From contig CDPCPM010000323.1 in the NCBI GenBank assembly GCA_976551045.1, forward strand, positions 6,014,001 to 6,078,000: a stretch of DNA of 64,000 bases, in the 5' to 3' direction. Made by a program: the position numbers and the translations under genes. Source of the stretch: Glaucostegus cemiculus. Its lineage: Eukaryota. Position 1 is the first letter of the stretch. Each line of letters begins with the position of its first letter. The notes below the pieces were generated by a model. That model had not been told where the DNA came from. It worked only from the letters and a program-made list of their open reading frames with translations, and did no database searches. Below, one piece after another: positions 50,740 to 63,480 of this stretch.

Positions 50740-50845
50740 AAAGCAGATGCCAGAAATCTAAAATAAAAAGAGAAAATACTAAAAATCCCTTCAATGGAAA
50801 GAGAAATAGTTAACATTTTTTAATCGGGATTCTTCGCCAGTTGAA
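50740..50845 (-). mobile_element. Older PLE terminal unit with eroded hammerhead
   Basis: gcagatgccagaaatctaaaataaaaagagaaaatact...gaaagagaaatagttaacatttt...ttcgccag. Confidence 0.5.
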
Positions 50846-50859
50846 TGTTCCATTTGGTC

Positions 50860-51280
50860 TGGAAAGACTGAGATGGCTTTCCCTGGAGCAAGGAAGTTAA
50901 GAGGAGATTTGATAGAAGTGTTCAAAATTATAGTAGGTCTAGACAGAGTGAATACAGGTAAACTTTTCCCTTTGGAGGAAGAGTCAAGAACCTGAGGTCA
51001 CAGACTTGAGATGATTGACAAAAGAACAAAAGAATGACATGAAGAAAAGTTTCTACAGGCAGCCAGTAGGTTACAATTAGGAATGCCTTGTGCAAAAATG
51101 GTGGAAACAGATTGGATCATATCTTTTGAGAAGGAACTGGATAAATGGTTGGAATAAAAGAGTTTCAGGCTTCAGGTAAAGAACCAAAGAATGGACTATC
51201 CAAATTATTCTTGGAGAAAGCCAGTCAAGGCCCACGGACTGAATGAACTTCTGTCCTGCAACAATTCAGTGATTCTTTGA
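50860..51280 (+). mobile_element. Old CR1 3' end
   Basis: SLEQGKLRGDLIEVFKII peptide and the tail. Confidence 0.8.
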
Positions 51281-53730
51281 AACTATGTTATGTAAAATGT
51301 TACGATTATCAGCATGTATCTTTTCATGTATCATTTCTTGTAATGACTCCAAAAAGGACCTATAGGTACCCAACATTGGTCTCTCACCCCTGCAGGAATC
51401 ATATAGTTTCTTTTAGAAGCTGAAAAGAACAGTTATTTAAAAAGTCAACATAAATACAAAGTCAAGAATCAAAAGGAATCCAACAACACCTGAGGACAAA
51501 CAGAATGAAGTGCAAGGATGTTAATTATTTCCTGTTAAAGCTGCAAAGTCCATTGCTCCCTGTACAAAATGTTGTTCAAATTATTGAGTTATTTTAAAAA
51601 AAACAGGTAGTTAAATTTACATTAATCTTCCTTAAAAGTTTGAGTTAAAGAAATTATCAAATATCCACTAATCCAAAGAAATCTTGTCCACCAGATCCAC
51701 CAATTTAGCAAATATCGCAATGGATTCATCATACTTATCCCAACGTTTCTAAAGCTATGTTAACTGCTCCTTGGTAATTCTGCTCCTTTAATATTGATGC
51801 CATATCTCAAAAATTCACTGAGAAAGCTCAGTATTGGAAATTTAGATAGAGTTTCTCTGCAAAGTTGATATTTAGAGTAATAAATTTGTCATTTGCCACT
51901 AGAACTGTGGGTACAAGATTATTGAACTTCTATCAGCAGATGTAGTCCTTTGGCTTCAATAAAACCACATATCAAGATATGAGTCCAACCATCAATTTAT
52001 ACTTTGTACCCATTAAGAACCAACTAAAGCTTAATTTTCCACTCTTGGTGTCATATTCTTGTTTACAAATATTAAGTTTTTTTTTCATCCATTCCTTAGG
52101 CATTACCTCTCCATTCTATTTTCCCTCCTGTTACTGAATGCTAATTATAACTTCATCTGTTTTTTGAGCAAGTAAAGGTATTTGCCTTTCAGTAAAAATG
52201 CCCAATCAACATTTGTCTTCAGTGCAGCAAAGGTTGGTTCAATAACTCCACTGATTATTGTAAGCCATGGTGGCCTCTATGCAAGATTCAGAATTCATTC
52301 GAGTTGAGTAACATTCGCCTCCTAAAACACCATCATAGGGCACACATCTTATAAAGACCTGGCTTCTGCAAGTGATTTCTTTCCCTGAGAGTAGTGACAA
52401 ATCTTTATTATTTTTGGAAAATAAAATTAACTGAAAGAATAAGAACAAGAGAAGCCGCAGCTAAAAGTAAAATAATTCAGAATTATACATGAAGGAAGTG
52501 TCCTTCTGTTCCAATAAAGGGGACAGTATTATTATTATTATGTAAGTAGGTTTAGTTAGATCTCTAATGAAAACATTGGCATTGATATCTATAGCCATAA
52601 TAAACGATGAATTACCCATGCAATTACCCTTACAGGTTATGAGTTACCTGTTTCTGTTATTTAGACATCTCTATAAACCGTTTTATTTCATTCTTAAATT
52701 TACAGGCATGGCAAAATTACTTTACAAACTGTGCTTTTAGTGGCAATGCAGCAAAGGCTACCCCTGAGATCTTACAATTAGTGCTGTTTCATACAGTGTC
52801 ACTCTGTGCTATAAGGCAAGTCTAAATACAGGGTAAGCCATGTGGAAAATATATGACAACATGTTCCAGAAGCCCGGTTGAAGGTGGTGTTACTGTGCTA
52901 ACTAGTGTATCTTTAATGGATGATAAATGTACAGAAAGGGGCCTTATTAATGCAATGGTCCTGATTCAGCTGGCATCTCCCATCCTTTCATTAGTCAGGA
53001 CTGCTCAATAATATGGTCACACTTTAGTGATTGTACTATAGTGATGGCAGAATACTTATTGCAAATGTTTCTGTAAGATTTTCTTTTACAAATTACACCT
53101 TCTAATAATGATAGGAACAATCCTGCTGGTATTATGCTACCTAATTATAATTTTATGATTGAGTGATCATTCAAATTTTGTTTAATGACCAGAAGTTTCC
53201 TCCTGCCTGAAGTTGGTTGGCATTTTCCTCCCCTCAATAAATCTTGTTTCAGTTTACCCAGTTGTTACTCTGGAAACTAAAAGGTGAGATACTCTATTAA
53301 ATTGCATCCCATAAAACTGAATGAAGTGGTCATGTAAAAAAGAAATATCTTCAACTGAAGATTCTTTGTGCTGAATAGAACTATGAAATGGAAATAGAAT
53401 GGGGTAGAAACTTTCAACATGTTATATAGCAATGTTGAACTCTGCCTTGAAAATTTGATTCCATTTTAGTCAAAAGCAGAGTTCAAGAAGTAGAAGTATC
53501 CACTTCATACATTACGCACAGCACAGAGGATGAATTTCTCTGGAGTTTCTTTTGGTGGTGGTTTCCTTTTTCTCATAAGTCACCTGAAATTGGTCTAACT
53601 ACCACAAGATATTGTGCAATTTCCAGTACAAATCAGGCTTCTACAAAACTTTTGCAGTAATTTAACTTTATCGTGCCAGCCATCTGTCCCATACACAAAA
53701 CCAGTCACATCCCCAGAATAACTTAATGAC

Positions 53731-53862
53731 TGGTCCTGATGCAAAGCAACCTGAAACATCGACAATTCTTTTCCCTCACCATTGCTGCTTGACCTGCTGA
53801 GTTCCTCCAGCAGATTATTTGCTGCTCCAGATGCCAGCATTTGCAGTCTCTTGTGCCTCTAG
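53731..53862 (+). mobile_element. Short PLE terminal unit (hammerhead-headed) with imperfect 9-bp TSD
   Basis: GTC-CTGATGCA-AAGCAACCT-GAAAC-ATC-GAC at 53733-53763. Flanks CTTAATGAC / CTTAATCAC. Confidence 0.8.
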
Positions 53863-55019
53863 CTTAATCACCATTGTGAGTGCCATTTACGAGCATTGAT
53901 GAAGCTTCAAACTTATGTTTTCTGGACACCGTGACACTAAGCTACATTTTAAATCCATTTCAATAATAATTTACTGAGAAACAATACTGAGCATTAAAAC
54001 TAACAAACATATGCACAGGTGAGAAACAGGAATCAAAAATGCTTATTTTTTCTGATTAAGTCAATTTCAACTATATTAACCAAATTTCACATTTCTGCTC
54101 TTAAATATATATTTAAATATTCCATCTGAAATACTGCTGGATTCATGGCAACATTTTAATTTATTGATGGGAAAGTCTGAAAAAGATACTTCTCAAAGAA
54201 GTACAATTTATGGGACAATTTGTGCCTGGATTGCCAATCTCTAACCAATAATCTGACGCCACATCCATCAAGTCACCAATAAGCCTTTTAAATCTTCCCT
54301 CCCCAAAGTGCCTGCAACCATCTCACTCCCCTGACAAGCCATAAATAAATTAGATCTTGGTAGGAAATATTTTTTTCCCTAGAACAATCATTTTTAACAT
54401 TTGAAATCTATCAATTAATTACACTCTATTATTTTGCATTTCTCATTTTTACAGAAATAAATTAGCAAAACTGCAACAGTAATGGAAGAAGAAATAAACG
54501 AGTGTGATTCTAATGAACAAAAGCCATTCTAAGGTACAGTATCCTTTCCCAATGTAAATTTGTCCAATACAGCAATTCAAAGATCCTCAAGCTCAGACCA
54601 TGTAGGCTATCAGTAATTACATGTCATTTATGTAATCTATTGACAATCAACAGACAAACAATGCTTTCAACATGAAAGCCAGGAGTCACATGGGTCAATG
54701 AGTTCACGTTCCTGTTTAGACAGAGAGTACTTTAAATGGAATAACAAATACCTGGGAGGGAGTTACAAGACTGCAACTCACTACCCGATCAATCATAGAT
54801 TATAAATTTGCGGATTGTGTTAATTATATGGTATTATTAGAACTTCTCTGTCTAATGTAATTTTGCATTATGTGCATTTCTTTTTCGATTTTTATTTAAA
54901 TTATACTTGGCCACAAGTTCAATGGCAGGCAATGAATCCAAACGTATCATTAATAAATAACTTCACATTCTCACATGAGAAAGTCCTGATAACTCCATTG
55001 ATCTTCCGTAAAGACAAGG

Positions 55020-55135
55020 TATCTTTCAGTACATTTGGGAGAACAGATAGACTATCAGTTTATTGTCTCATCTGAAAGACAGTACCACTATATTGAACTG
55101 GAGTACCAGCTTAGATTTTTATACTCAAGTCTCTT
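55020..55135 (-). mobile_element. DeuSINE Deu-domain fragment
   Basis: gtctcatctgaaagacag...actggagtaccagcttagatttttatactcaagtctct. Confidence 0.65.
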
Positions 55136-55499
55136 TACCAACATCATTTCAACTTGTATCGCTGACACAGCCAAAGTAACACTCTTAACAATCAAACCAT
55201 CCAGTAATGGTTTTCTTAACTCTGGCTTTCATTCTCACCAGCATCTCTTCTATTACTTCTTTACTAATGCTACTTTCCTTCAGTTTCCCACTCTCACTAT
55301 TGTATTTCCAAGAGGTTTTCTGTGAAGACGGACACAAAGTATTTGTTTCAATTTCCTGTTATTTCCTTATTTCCTATTATAAATTCTTACATCTGTCTAT
55401 AAGTGAGTCACGCTTGCCTTCACTAGTTTTCCTTTTTACAAACCTATTAGAAGCTCCTAAACTCAGTTTTTTATTTGAATGTTTCTTTAGTTTATTCTC

Positions 55500-56428
55500 C
55501 CAAACGAGCCATTCTGCTTAAATGGAAGGATCCAATACCCGCTACTTCCTTTCAATGGTTCTCTCAAACTATATCATGTCTTAATTTGGAAAAAATTAAG
55601 AGTGGTACTGTTGACTCTTCACTTAAATTTGAAGATATTTGGAGTCCATTTATTCAGTACTTAGTTAATAGTCAGCGCCTCTTTCCCAGAGCGCAGATGC
55701 TCAAGACGAGAGGGCATGCCTTTAAGATAATAGGTGGAAAGTATAGGGGAGATGTCAGAGGGAAGTTTTTCACCCAGAGAGTGGTTGGTGCATGGAATGC
55801 ACTGCCTGGGGTGGTAGTGGAGGCAGATACATTGGACAGGTTTAAGAGATTGTTAGATAAGCACATGGAAGAATGTGGAATAGTAGGATATGAGGGTGGA
55901 AAGAGTTAGTTTGGGAGATATTTGTAGGAGTGCACAGCTTGATGGGCCGAAGGGCCTGTTCTGTGTTCTATTGTTCTATATGTTCTATATGTTCTATATG
56001 TACTTCCACATGATGTAGTTTCCCCTTCTATAATTAATTCAGAGGACCGGAGCTGACGACATTATATTGCTCTGTTTCTATTGAAATTTTTAGCCCAGTT
56101 TTTTTTTCTTGTTTTGCTTTTCTTTCTTTTCAAAATTTTCTGTTCAATTTACTTTGTATTGTTATAATTTTTTTATCGATTTGGGTTTTTTTTCCTGTTT
56201 TTTTTCTAATTATATAATAAATCTTTTTCTTTCTTATCTTTTACACTATACTTATCAACCAAGAGATTGTTGGAACTATTTCTTTTATAGATATCATACT
56301 TTATTGCTTTTTTTAAAATGATTACCTATGGTTGTTCCCTGATATCTCTGTAATACATGTGTAAACATTGTTGTTATATGTATTAACCTGTATTGATTTG
56401 TTATCAATAAAAAGATTGAAAAAGAAAA
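55500..56428 (+). mobile_element. L1-clade LINE 3' end (ORF2 C-terminus, T-rich UTR, A-rich tail) with 11-bp TSD
   Basis: KRAILLKWKDP...W...LEKIK...KFEDIWSPFIQY|FHMM*, AATAAA plus A tail, TSD AGTTTATTCTC at 55489-55499 and 56429-56439. Confidence 0.88.
55663..55999 (+). mobile_element. Young CR1 3' end nested in L1, 6-bp TSD
   Basis: KTRGHAFKIIGGKYRGDVRGKFFTQRVVGAWNALPG, (TTCTATATG)n tail, GTACTT at 55657-55662 and 56000-56005. Confidence 0.93.
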
Positions 56429-56955
56429 AGTTTATTCTCATGTTCTATCTTCTTCATCAATTTCTTGGTCCTCCTCTGCTGTGTTGTGAAGTGCTCCCCA
56501 TCTTCAATATCTGGCAATTTTATAGGCCTCTTCCTTTGATTTAGTATTATATTTAATTTCTCCAATCAGTCATGCATGGACCATACCTCCTGTTGGATTT
56601 GACAAGTTAAAGGAATATAGTTTACTTGCAAATTGTTTATTATTTCTTGATGTACCAGCCATTGCTTCTCTACCTCGATACCTTTTAAGGTGGTTTCCCA
56701 GTTGATCACAGCCAATTCTCCCTCATAACTTTGCTACTTGTTTTGTTTAAGTTTCAGATTGAACTACATTGTTTTCAAAATCAATGTGATTTGAGTACAG
56801 TGGTCCTCAGAGTGCATGTTATAGGAGTAAGGGGGCTTTGATGAGATGGGGGAGATGGTGTGCTGGGTCAGCAGAGCCAACTCACTGCTGGTGTCAGTTT
56901 GATAGTGTGACATCATTTAAAGTCAGGAGGCTGATTGGTGAGCAACTGCTGAGGA

Positions 56956-57968
56956 TTTGGTATTGGTACTGGTATTGGTTTATTATTGTCACTTGTACCG
57001 GGGAACAGTGAAAAATTTGTCTCGCATACAGTTCATACAGATCAATTCATCACACAGTGAGGTAGTACAGGGTAAAAACAATAATAGAATACAGAGTAAA
57101 GTGTCACAGCTACAGGGAAGTGCAATGCAGGTAGACAATAAGGTGCAAGGTCATAACAAAGTAGATTGTGCGGTCAAGAGTCCATCTCATCGTATAAGGA
57201 AACCATTCAATTGTCTTATCACAGTGGGATAGAAGCTGTCCTTGAGCCCAGTGGGAGGAGAGAAGAGAGAATGACCCAAGTGGGTGGAGTCTTTGATCAT
57301 GCTGGCTGCTTCACCAAGGCAGCGGGAGGTATAGACAGAGTCTGTGGAGGGGAGGCTAGTTTCCAAGATGTGCTGGGCTGTGTCCACAACTCTCTGCAGT
57401 TTCTTGCAGACCTGGGCAGAGCAGTTGCCATACCAAGCCATGATGTATCCAGACAGGATGCTTTCTATGGTGCATCAATAAAAGTTGGTGAGGCTCAAAG
57501 GGGACATGCAAAATTTCTTAAGCCTCCTGAGGAAGTAGAGGCGTCTATGTGGTTGGACCAGGACAAGCTCTTGGTGATTTTCACTCCTAGGAACTTGAAG
57601 CTCTCATCCCTCTCAACCTTAGCACTGTTGATGTAGACAGGAGCATGTACACTGTCCCCTCTCCTGAAGTCAATGACCAGGTATTATGTTTTGCTGACAT
57701 TGAAGGAAAGGTTGCTGTCATGTCACCATGTCATTAAGCTCTCTATCTCCTTCCTGTACTCCAACTCATCGTTATTTGAGATATAGCCTGCTACAGTGGT
57801 ATCATCTGCAAACTTTTAGATAGAATCTGGCCACACAGTCATGAGTGTATAGGGAGTAGAGTTGAGGGCTGAGGATGCAGCCTTGTGAGGCACCAGTATT
57901 GAGAATAATCATGCTGGAGGTGTTGCTGCCTACACTCGCTGACAGCGGTCTGTTGGTCAGTAAGTCCA
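56956..57968 (-). mobile_element. Rex1/Babar LINE 3' 1 kb
   Basis: KFADDTTV and AWYGNCSAQVCKKLQRVV..A..I...LP peptides, with a (TACCAA)n tail. Confidence 0.92.
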
Positions 57969-58408
57969 GACATTTACCACTCTCTGTGTAAAGAGCTTAC
58001 CCCACACATCTTCTTTAAACTTTCCCCTCTCACCTTAAATTCATGCCTTCTAGTATTTGACAATTTTACCCCAGTAAAAAGATTCGGACTGTTATTCTGG
58101 TTCTAATACAAACTGTTATTCTGATAAAAGATTCTGATTCTGAAAATTATGATTCTCATAATTTTATGAACTTCGATCAGGTCTCCTCTCACCCTCCCAC
58201 CTTCTCACCCACCCACCCTCCAGAGAAAACAACCCAAGTTTGTCCAACCTCTCCTTATAGCTCACACCCTCTAATCCAGACAGCATCCTGATAAACCTTT
58301 ACTGCACCCTTTCCAAATCCTTCTTGTAATGGAGTGACCGGAAATGCACTCCAAGTGTGGTCTTGCCAAAGTTTTATGTAGCTGCATCATGACTTTCTGA
58401 CTCTTAAT
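57968..58408 (-). mobile_element. CR1 ORF2 C-terminal fragment
   Basis: KSQKVMMQLHKTLARPHLEC and downstream CR1 motifs. Confidence 0.85.
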
Positions 58409-58409
58409 G

Positions 58410-58935
58410 CCTAAATGGTTTACTGCCAAGAAGACAAGGAGCAACAGGCAGGAAGTGCATGAACTTCCTGAATCCACCTTGCTCACTGACAGGTTTTCCC
58501 TTTTGGATACTGGTAAGGATTGTGCTTCCTTGGGGAAATACAGCCAAAGCCAGGAGATGTCACTACAAGTGGCTCAACTGTATAGGAAGGGAAGTAAAAT
58601 GGTGAGCAGGCAATAATGAGAGGGATGATCAGTTACTCCCATGGCTGTAGACGTGACTCTGGGATGATATGTTCCTTCCCTGATGGGCCATAGCTGTTAC
58701 TGAATGACCGTCGATCATCTTCAAGGGGAAGGATGAACAACCAGAAGTTGTGGTCCATAATAGTACCAATAACAGAGGTAGAAAAATGGATGAGGTCCTG
58801 CCAGTGAATTTCAGCGAGTAGGAAACAGGTTAAAAAGCAGGACTTTAAAATGCCTATTCTCAGAATAACTCCCAGTGCTCATGCTACCAAATGAAGTAGT
58901 ATGATAGAGCAAATGAATGTGTGGCTGGAGAGATA
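58410..58935 (+). mobile_element. CR1 ORF1 (SGNH esterase-like) fragment
   Basis: LTDRFSLLDT, EQPEVVVHNSTNN (compare VHIGTND) and RLKSRT...LPV. Confidence 0.75.
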
Positions 58936-59039
58936 GTTCAGGAAGGGCTGGAGCATTCCTCCAGCCAACAACACTGCAGAGATGTTAAGTCAATGGCTCT
59001 GTCTGCTCCTTCAGGGGTCCAGTGCTCTAAGTTATCAAA

Positions 59040-59220
59040 AGGAAAGAAATTTCTTGCTGGTGTACAGGTCAACATTTGTCCATTAGCCAATTTAATCAAT
59101 TTGTTGTCACCTTGTTGTTTTTGTGGGAACTTGCTGTGCACAAGCATCTGGTGAATTTACCACAACAGAATCTATGCTTTAGAAGTACCTCACAACAAAG
59201 TGCTTTGAGATGTCCTGTGC
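59040..59220 (+). mobile_element. DeuSINE-like 3' half
   Basis: ttgtgggaacttgctgtgcacaa...aaagtgctttgagatgtcctg. Confidence 0.6.
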
Positions 59221-61149
59221 CACCTACACTGGAGCAGTCATCATCTGTAAAAACAAAATATAGGCTAATGTTCATTGCATGAGACTCTTTCAAGCTACAA
59301 TTGTTCTCTGGCTAACTGTCCACTTCTGCAAGTTTCCAGCAACATTTTTAAAATCATGCAGAAGACTTATTCTTTTTTCTTTAATTTAGCAGGAAATGAT
59401 AAATAATGTTATGCTGCATTCCATTGGGATCAGAGAGTGCATGTGATGATGTATGTTTTCTATCGTTCGTGACAGAACAGGAGAGAGCATGTAAATGGCT
59501 AAATCTGTGTGCTTTGCTAAATTAATGAAACATTCTGAATTCCTCAGGGTTCATGTTTAAGTAAAATTGACTCTGACAAAACCTGTTGGCTGTACGTGCA
59601 ATCTGCAGTCTCTGAGAGACCTCTGCCGATGGAACATCTGCTCAGTCTCAGAAGAGGCAGAACTGCAAACACCACCCGTTTTATTTCATCAGACATAACA
59701 GAGACAACATTCACAAGGATGAGCTCATTGCAATTAAAAGAGTTCTCTTCATCAGTTAGAAATGTACTTAATTAAAGATGACGCTAGTTGTGTTTCTTGT
59801 GCAGCAGCTAGTGAACATTTTTTGAGTTTTTAAATAGTTAGCAAACTTAAATGTCAAATGCATCTTGAAGAATGACAGAAAGTGCTGTTTTCAACCATTA
59901 GGTGTCAGAGTGAATTCACCATTTACTGAAAACAGAGTCAGCATGGGTTAGGAAAATGAGTTAAAACTACAATAAACGGCTGTTCTCTAAATTCATGTTT
60001 TGTTCATATTGAGCACAATTGTTAATAAAGTACAAAGCTTGAACAGACCTCTTTTAGACTGGTTTGTAGCCATAGTGAATTACAGAGAGGTTTTGAAGCT
60101 TATTCCTGATCAGCAATAAACTATCATTTATTTTGGAAGGGAGAAGTTTTGTCAATCCTGCATTGCCAGTACTGTTACGGGAATCAATGGGAACTGCTAC
60201 ATCACAATGCCAATCACAGGTACATCTCTGAACTCCACTGGTGGCAGTTGACAGCAGCACATGCAAGGGTGTGGTCAATGGGGTTGGAGGAGGCAAGAAG
60301 AGGGACAGACCCCATAACAATCGGCCAAAAAAAAGTAAAATTCAAGGGTACAGAAGAGCACACACTTTCATCCTGAACATTAAGGAAGGGTAGGCTTTTC
60401 CTGGACACACACCCACAACCATCTCCACTCTGCAAAAGATGGCAAATTGGCAATTGTAAAATCCTCACAGCAGCAATGGAGTCTACAGTCAAACCAGCTC
60501 ACTTACTGAAGTGAAAATAAAACACAAGCACCAGGGCTTTCTAAATAAGTGAATGCAAATTGCCTGTGTATATTTGTGTATGTGGGAGTGGCAATAAAAA
60601 GCTAACTAAGATCTAGTTGCACTGTTTAATCCTTTAAGTCTGGTACATATTTAGAAAAACCAAGGATCGTTAAATAAATAAACAATTGATTTTTTTTCAA
60701 AGTAAAGGGTGGGTAAAGTCATTACTTCTCTGCTATGAAACTGTATTAAAGTTAGCACTGGAATTTCCTTTCTTTTCACCTCTATTATCCCACTAAGATA
60801 CTGGATCCATGGGAACTCTAGTACCTCATTGTTTACCTTAAATCTTTATGCATGAGTACGGATAAGGACAGTGAGCTATTCAGCTTTAGTAACCATCACA
60901 ATGAATTCTAATTGTGCTTTGACCAAAGTTCATCAGCACATATTCAATGGGACTAAGATGGGCTGGAGCCCAATATAAGTTTTCATCTTCTTCTACCTAG
61001 GACACTGATCAATTGCAGCCATCTCAAACTAGGGATGAAATATGGATCCTCTGTGAATAGGTACAATGTCAACGATGCAACTAATTGCTGCATGATATTT
61101 GCTGCAATCGGAATGTCCTCATTAAGGTAATCAGTTGTCAATATCATAG

Positions 61150-61475
61150 AAAGGTCAATTAGATCCATGCAGAGACTGGAAGAATTAGAAGGAATGGGCT
61201 AAAAGAGTGGGAAAACATTTTGCTAAAATTACCAGATAGCTAGTGCCAAATCTAATAAAGAATTCAGGAGAAACTTCTTTACACAAAGAAAGGTTATAAT
61301 CTGGAACGTCCAGAAAAGGAGGTACATAAAAGAGGGAGAAAGGAACACAAAGAGAGTCTGACAGGACCAGTTAAACCAGGAGGAGAACCTGAAAAGACTG
61401 GAAAAAGTAATGTAAGAAGAATACCATGTGGACCATAAACTCCAGCATAGACCAGTTGAGCTGATTCCTTTATAC
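61150..61475 (+). mobile_element. Old CR1 3' fragment
   Basis: gaattcaggagaaacttctttacacaaaga (EFRRNFFTQR) and a tail remnant. Confidence 0.6.
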
Positions 61476-62077
61476 TATGAGAAAACATCAAAGCAATTCT
61501 ATTTAAGACAAAATTGCATATACATTTATATTCATTACTAGTAACTTTATGGCACGGTTTCAGTTTAAAAGCACAAGTCATAAACCTTAATGTGTATCTT
61601 TAGAAATATTCCCATTCACATTTTCCAATGTATTAAATGGATCTTCAGCCCTGACTTAATTCTGCCTGCAGCAAAGTACCTCTACTTATGTATTTGATGG
61701 TCTAATACAGGGCAACAGACATCTTGTCCCTCTTCAAATAGTCAAGAAGCTTGTGTTAAGATGTTATTATTAAAGAAGTACTGTTATTATTGATTGAATT
61801 TGTACTTAAGGCTAAGTTTCCTGAGTCCCCATGTTAGTGATGGGAACTGACAGTCATTAAGTGGGTTATCAGAGGATTATAGGAGCTAGGTCTGCAATTT
61901 TTCTTCCACAGACTTCGCTTAAGGGATGCAAGCAATGTGTCTTCAATACTTGAAACAAATCCTACTGTTGCCTTTAACAATCTATCCCCAGGTGCATAAT
62001 TTATTTTGTATTACACTTGCTGCACCTATCTGTCTCTCCATGGCCATTTCAATGAACTAAAATCAAATTGTATGAAG

Positions 62078-62210
62078 ACACAAGAGACTGCAAATGTTGG
62101 AATCTGGAGCAATAAACAATCTGCTGGAGGAACTCAGTGGGTCGAGCAGCATCGGTGGGAGGAAAGGAATTGTCAATCTGCTGACTTCCTCCAGCAGATT
62201 GTTTGTGGCT
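62078..62210 (-). mobile_element. Short PLE terminal unit with inverted 5' segment and 15-bp TSD
   Basis: TCAAATTGTATGAAG at 62063-62077 and 62211-62225. Inverted repeat (23/24) at 62114-62137 / 62181-62204. Confidence 0.88.
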
Positions 62211-62399
62211 TCAAATTGTATGAAGTTTAATCCTTTATCTCTTCCGAGATTAAACTCCATTTCACTTTCAACATATAAAAAAAGACCTGAAATAGTTTCA
62301 TAACTTTTTTATAATGTGAAATATAACTAGCTACAGAACTAACTGCATGTCATAAATTAGTCTTAACACCTTGATGTTGCACATAATGTTATTGCCAAG

Positions 62400-62875
62400 A
62401 TTAGTATTCAGGTGAAGAGATGGTCATTGACTGACACTCTTGTGGTATAACAGTTGCCTGCCACTTAGCAGCCTGTACCTTAAATGGGCAATCCATTATT
62501 TTTAAATAGTAAGCCCTAATTCCTGATTCTTTCACAAGAGGAAGCATCTCCTCCATTTGGTTAAGTTCCCTCGGAACTTTGTATTTTTCAATCACGTTCC
62601 TTCTCACCCTTCTGAACCTTAGTGGATACTGGACTAGCCTGTCCATCCTCTCTTCATAAGACAACTTGCCCTTTCCAGGTATCAGTGTTGCAAACTTCTC
62701 TGAATTGCTTCTAATAGATTAAAGTCCTTCTTTAAATAGAGAGGCCATTACTGTAAGCATTCTCCAGGTGTTGTCTCATCAATGTCCTACATAAAAATAG
62801 CATAAACTCTCCACTTCTGTATTCAATCTCCTTCACAATGAACAACATTCAGTTGGATGTCCAAATTACTCGCTA
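62400..62875 (-). mobile_element. Old CR1 3' fragments
   Basis: SYEERMDRL...FRRVRRNVIEKYKV and WQVTFTP-like WQATVIP peptides. Confidence 0.75.
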
Positions 62876-63134
62876 GCTTCTTTTTCCTCATTCTTTTAAA
62901 AATCTTCTTAGTTATTAAGAGAAGTAAATGATACGCACAGACAAAAAAATTCACTAACACTTTGTGCTTGCATTGCAAGACATTTTATTTGGATCTAATA
63001 TGAGCTAAAATAAGTGAGTGAGAGGATTTCCCTAGATCTGTGTCTTTGTGTGAATAATTGGCAAAGAACAATGAACACAGCAAATATCATACAGACATAG
63101 CCTGTGTGGCACACATGTGACTATCCATCCAGTT

Positions 63135-63480
63135 CACAACAATGGTAACTTGCATTTAAATAGTGCCTTTAATACTAGAAAAACAATCCAGTATCAATTG
63201 TCAGACAGAATTTATCACCTACGTATTAGGAGAAGTATCAAAAAAATGATCAGAAATACATTTAAATGGGCTCCTAAAACATGTCAAGGAGAGGTCAAAC
63301 AGCAAAGAGATTTATAAAGGGATTCCAAAGTGTGAAGCCCCAGCCATAAACAGTAGAGCGGTGAAAATTAAATAGTGCACATGAGACCATGTTAGAGGAG
63401 CTCAAAAATCTCCACAGGCTGAAGGGCTGGAGGGGATACAGAGAGAGGAAGGGATGAAGCAATGGAGGGATTTGAGTTCT
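63135..63480 (-). mobile_element. L2-clade LINE 3' end
   Basis: aacttgcatttaaatagtgcctttaa tail reverse complement and gggctggagggg.tacagaga.agg.aggg.tgaagc.atggagggga, typical of L2 3' regions. Confidence 0.65.

Larger units (their letters stand above)
55135..56790 (-). mobile_element. Old CR1 internal ORF2 fragment split by an L1 insertion
   Basis: Minus strand reads NKEITGN*NKYFVSVFT (compare MAEELNKYFASVFT). The sequence continues after 56439. Confidence 0.7.

Noticed and set aside
58088-58160. Short duplications (ACTGTTATTCTG x2, GATTCT repeats)
   Set aside because: They look like local slippage or repair scars inside a dead CR1 and do not form an array.
57968-58935. Twin-priming 5' inversion of one CR1
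   Set aside because: The pieces come from ORF1 and the ORF2 C-terminus, kilobases apart in the element, and no shared TSD is visible. Independent fragments are the simpler explanation.
1082-63317. ORF-track entries as host genes
   Set aside because: All are short (175 aa or less) and many use non-ATG starts. The recognisable ones are broken TE proteins or their antisense frames, and none matches a host protein I know.
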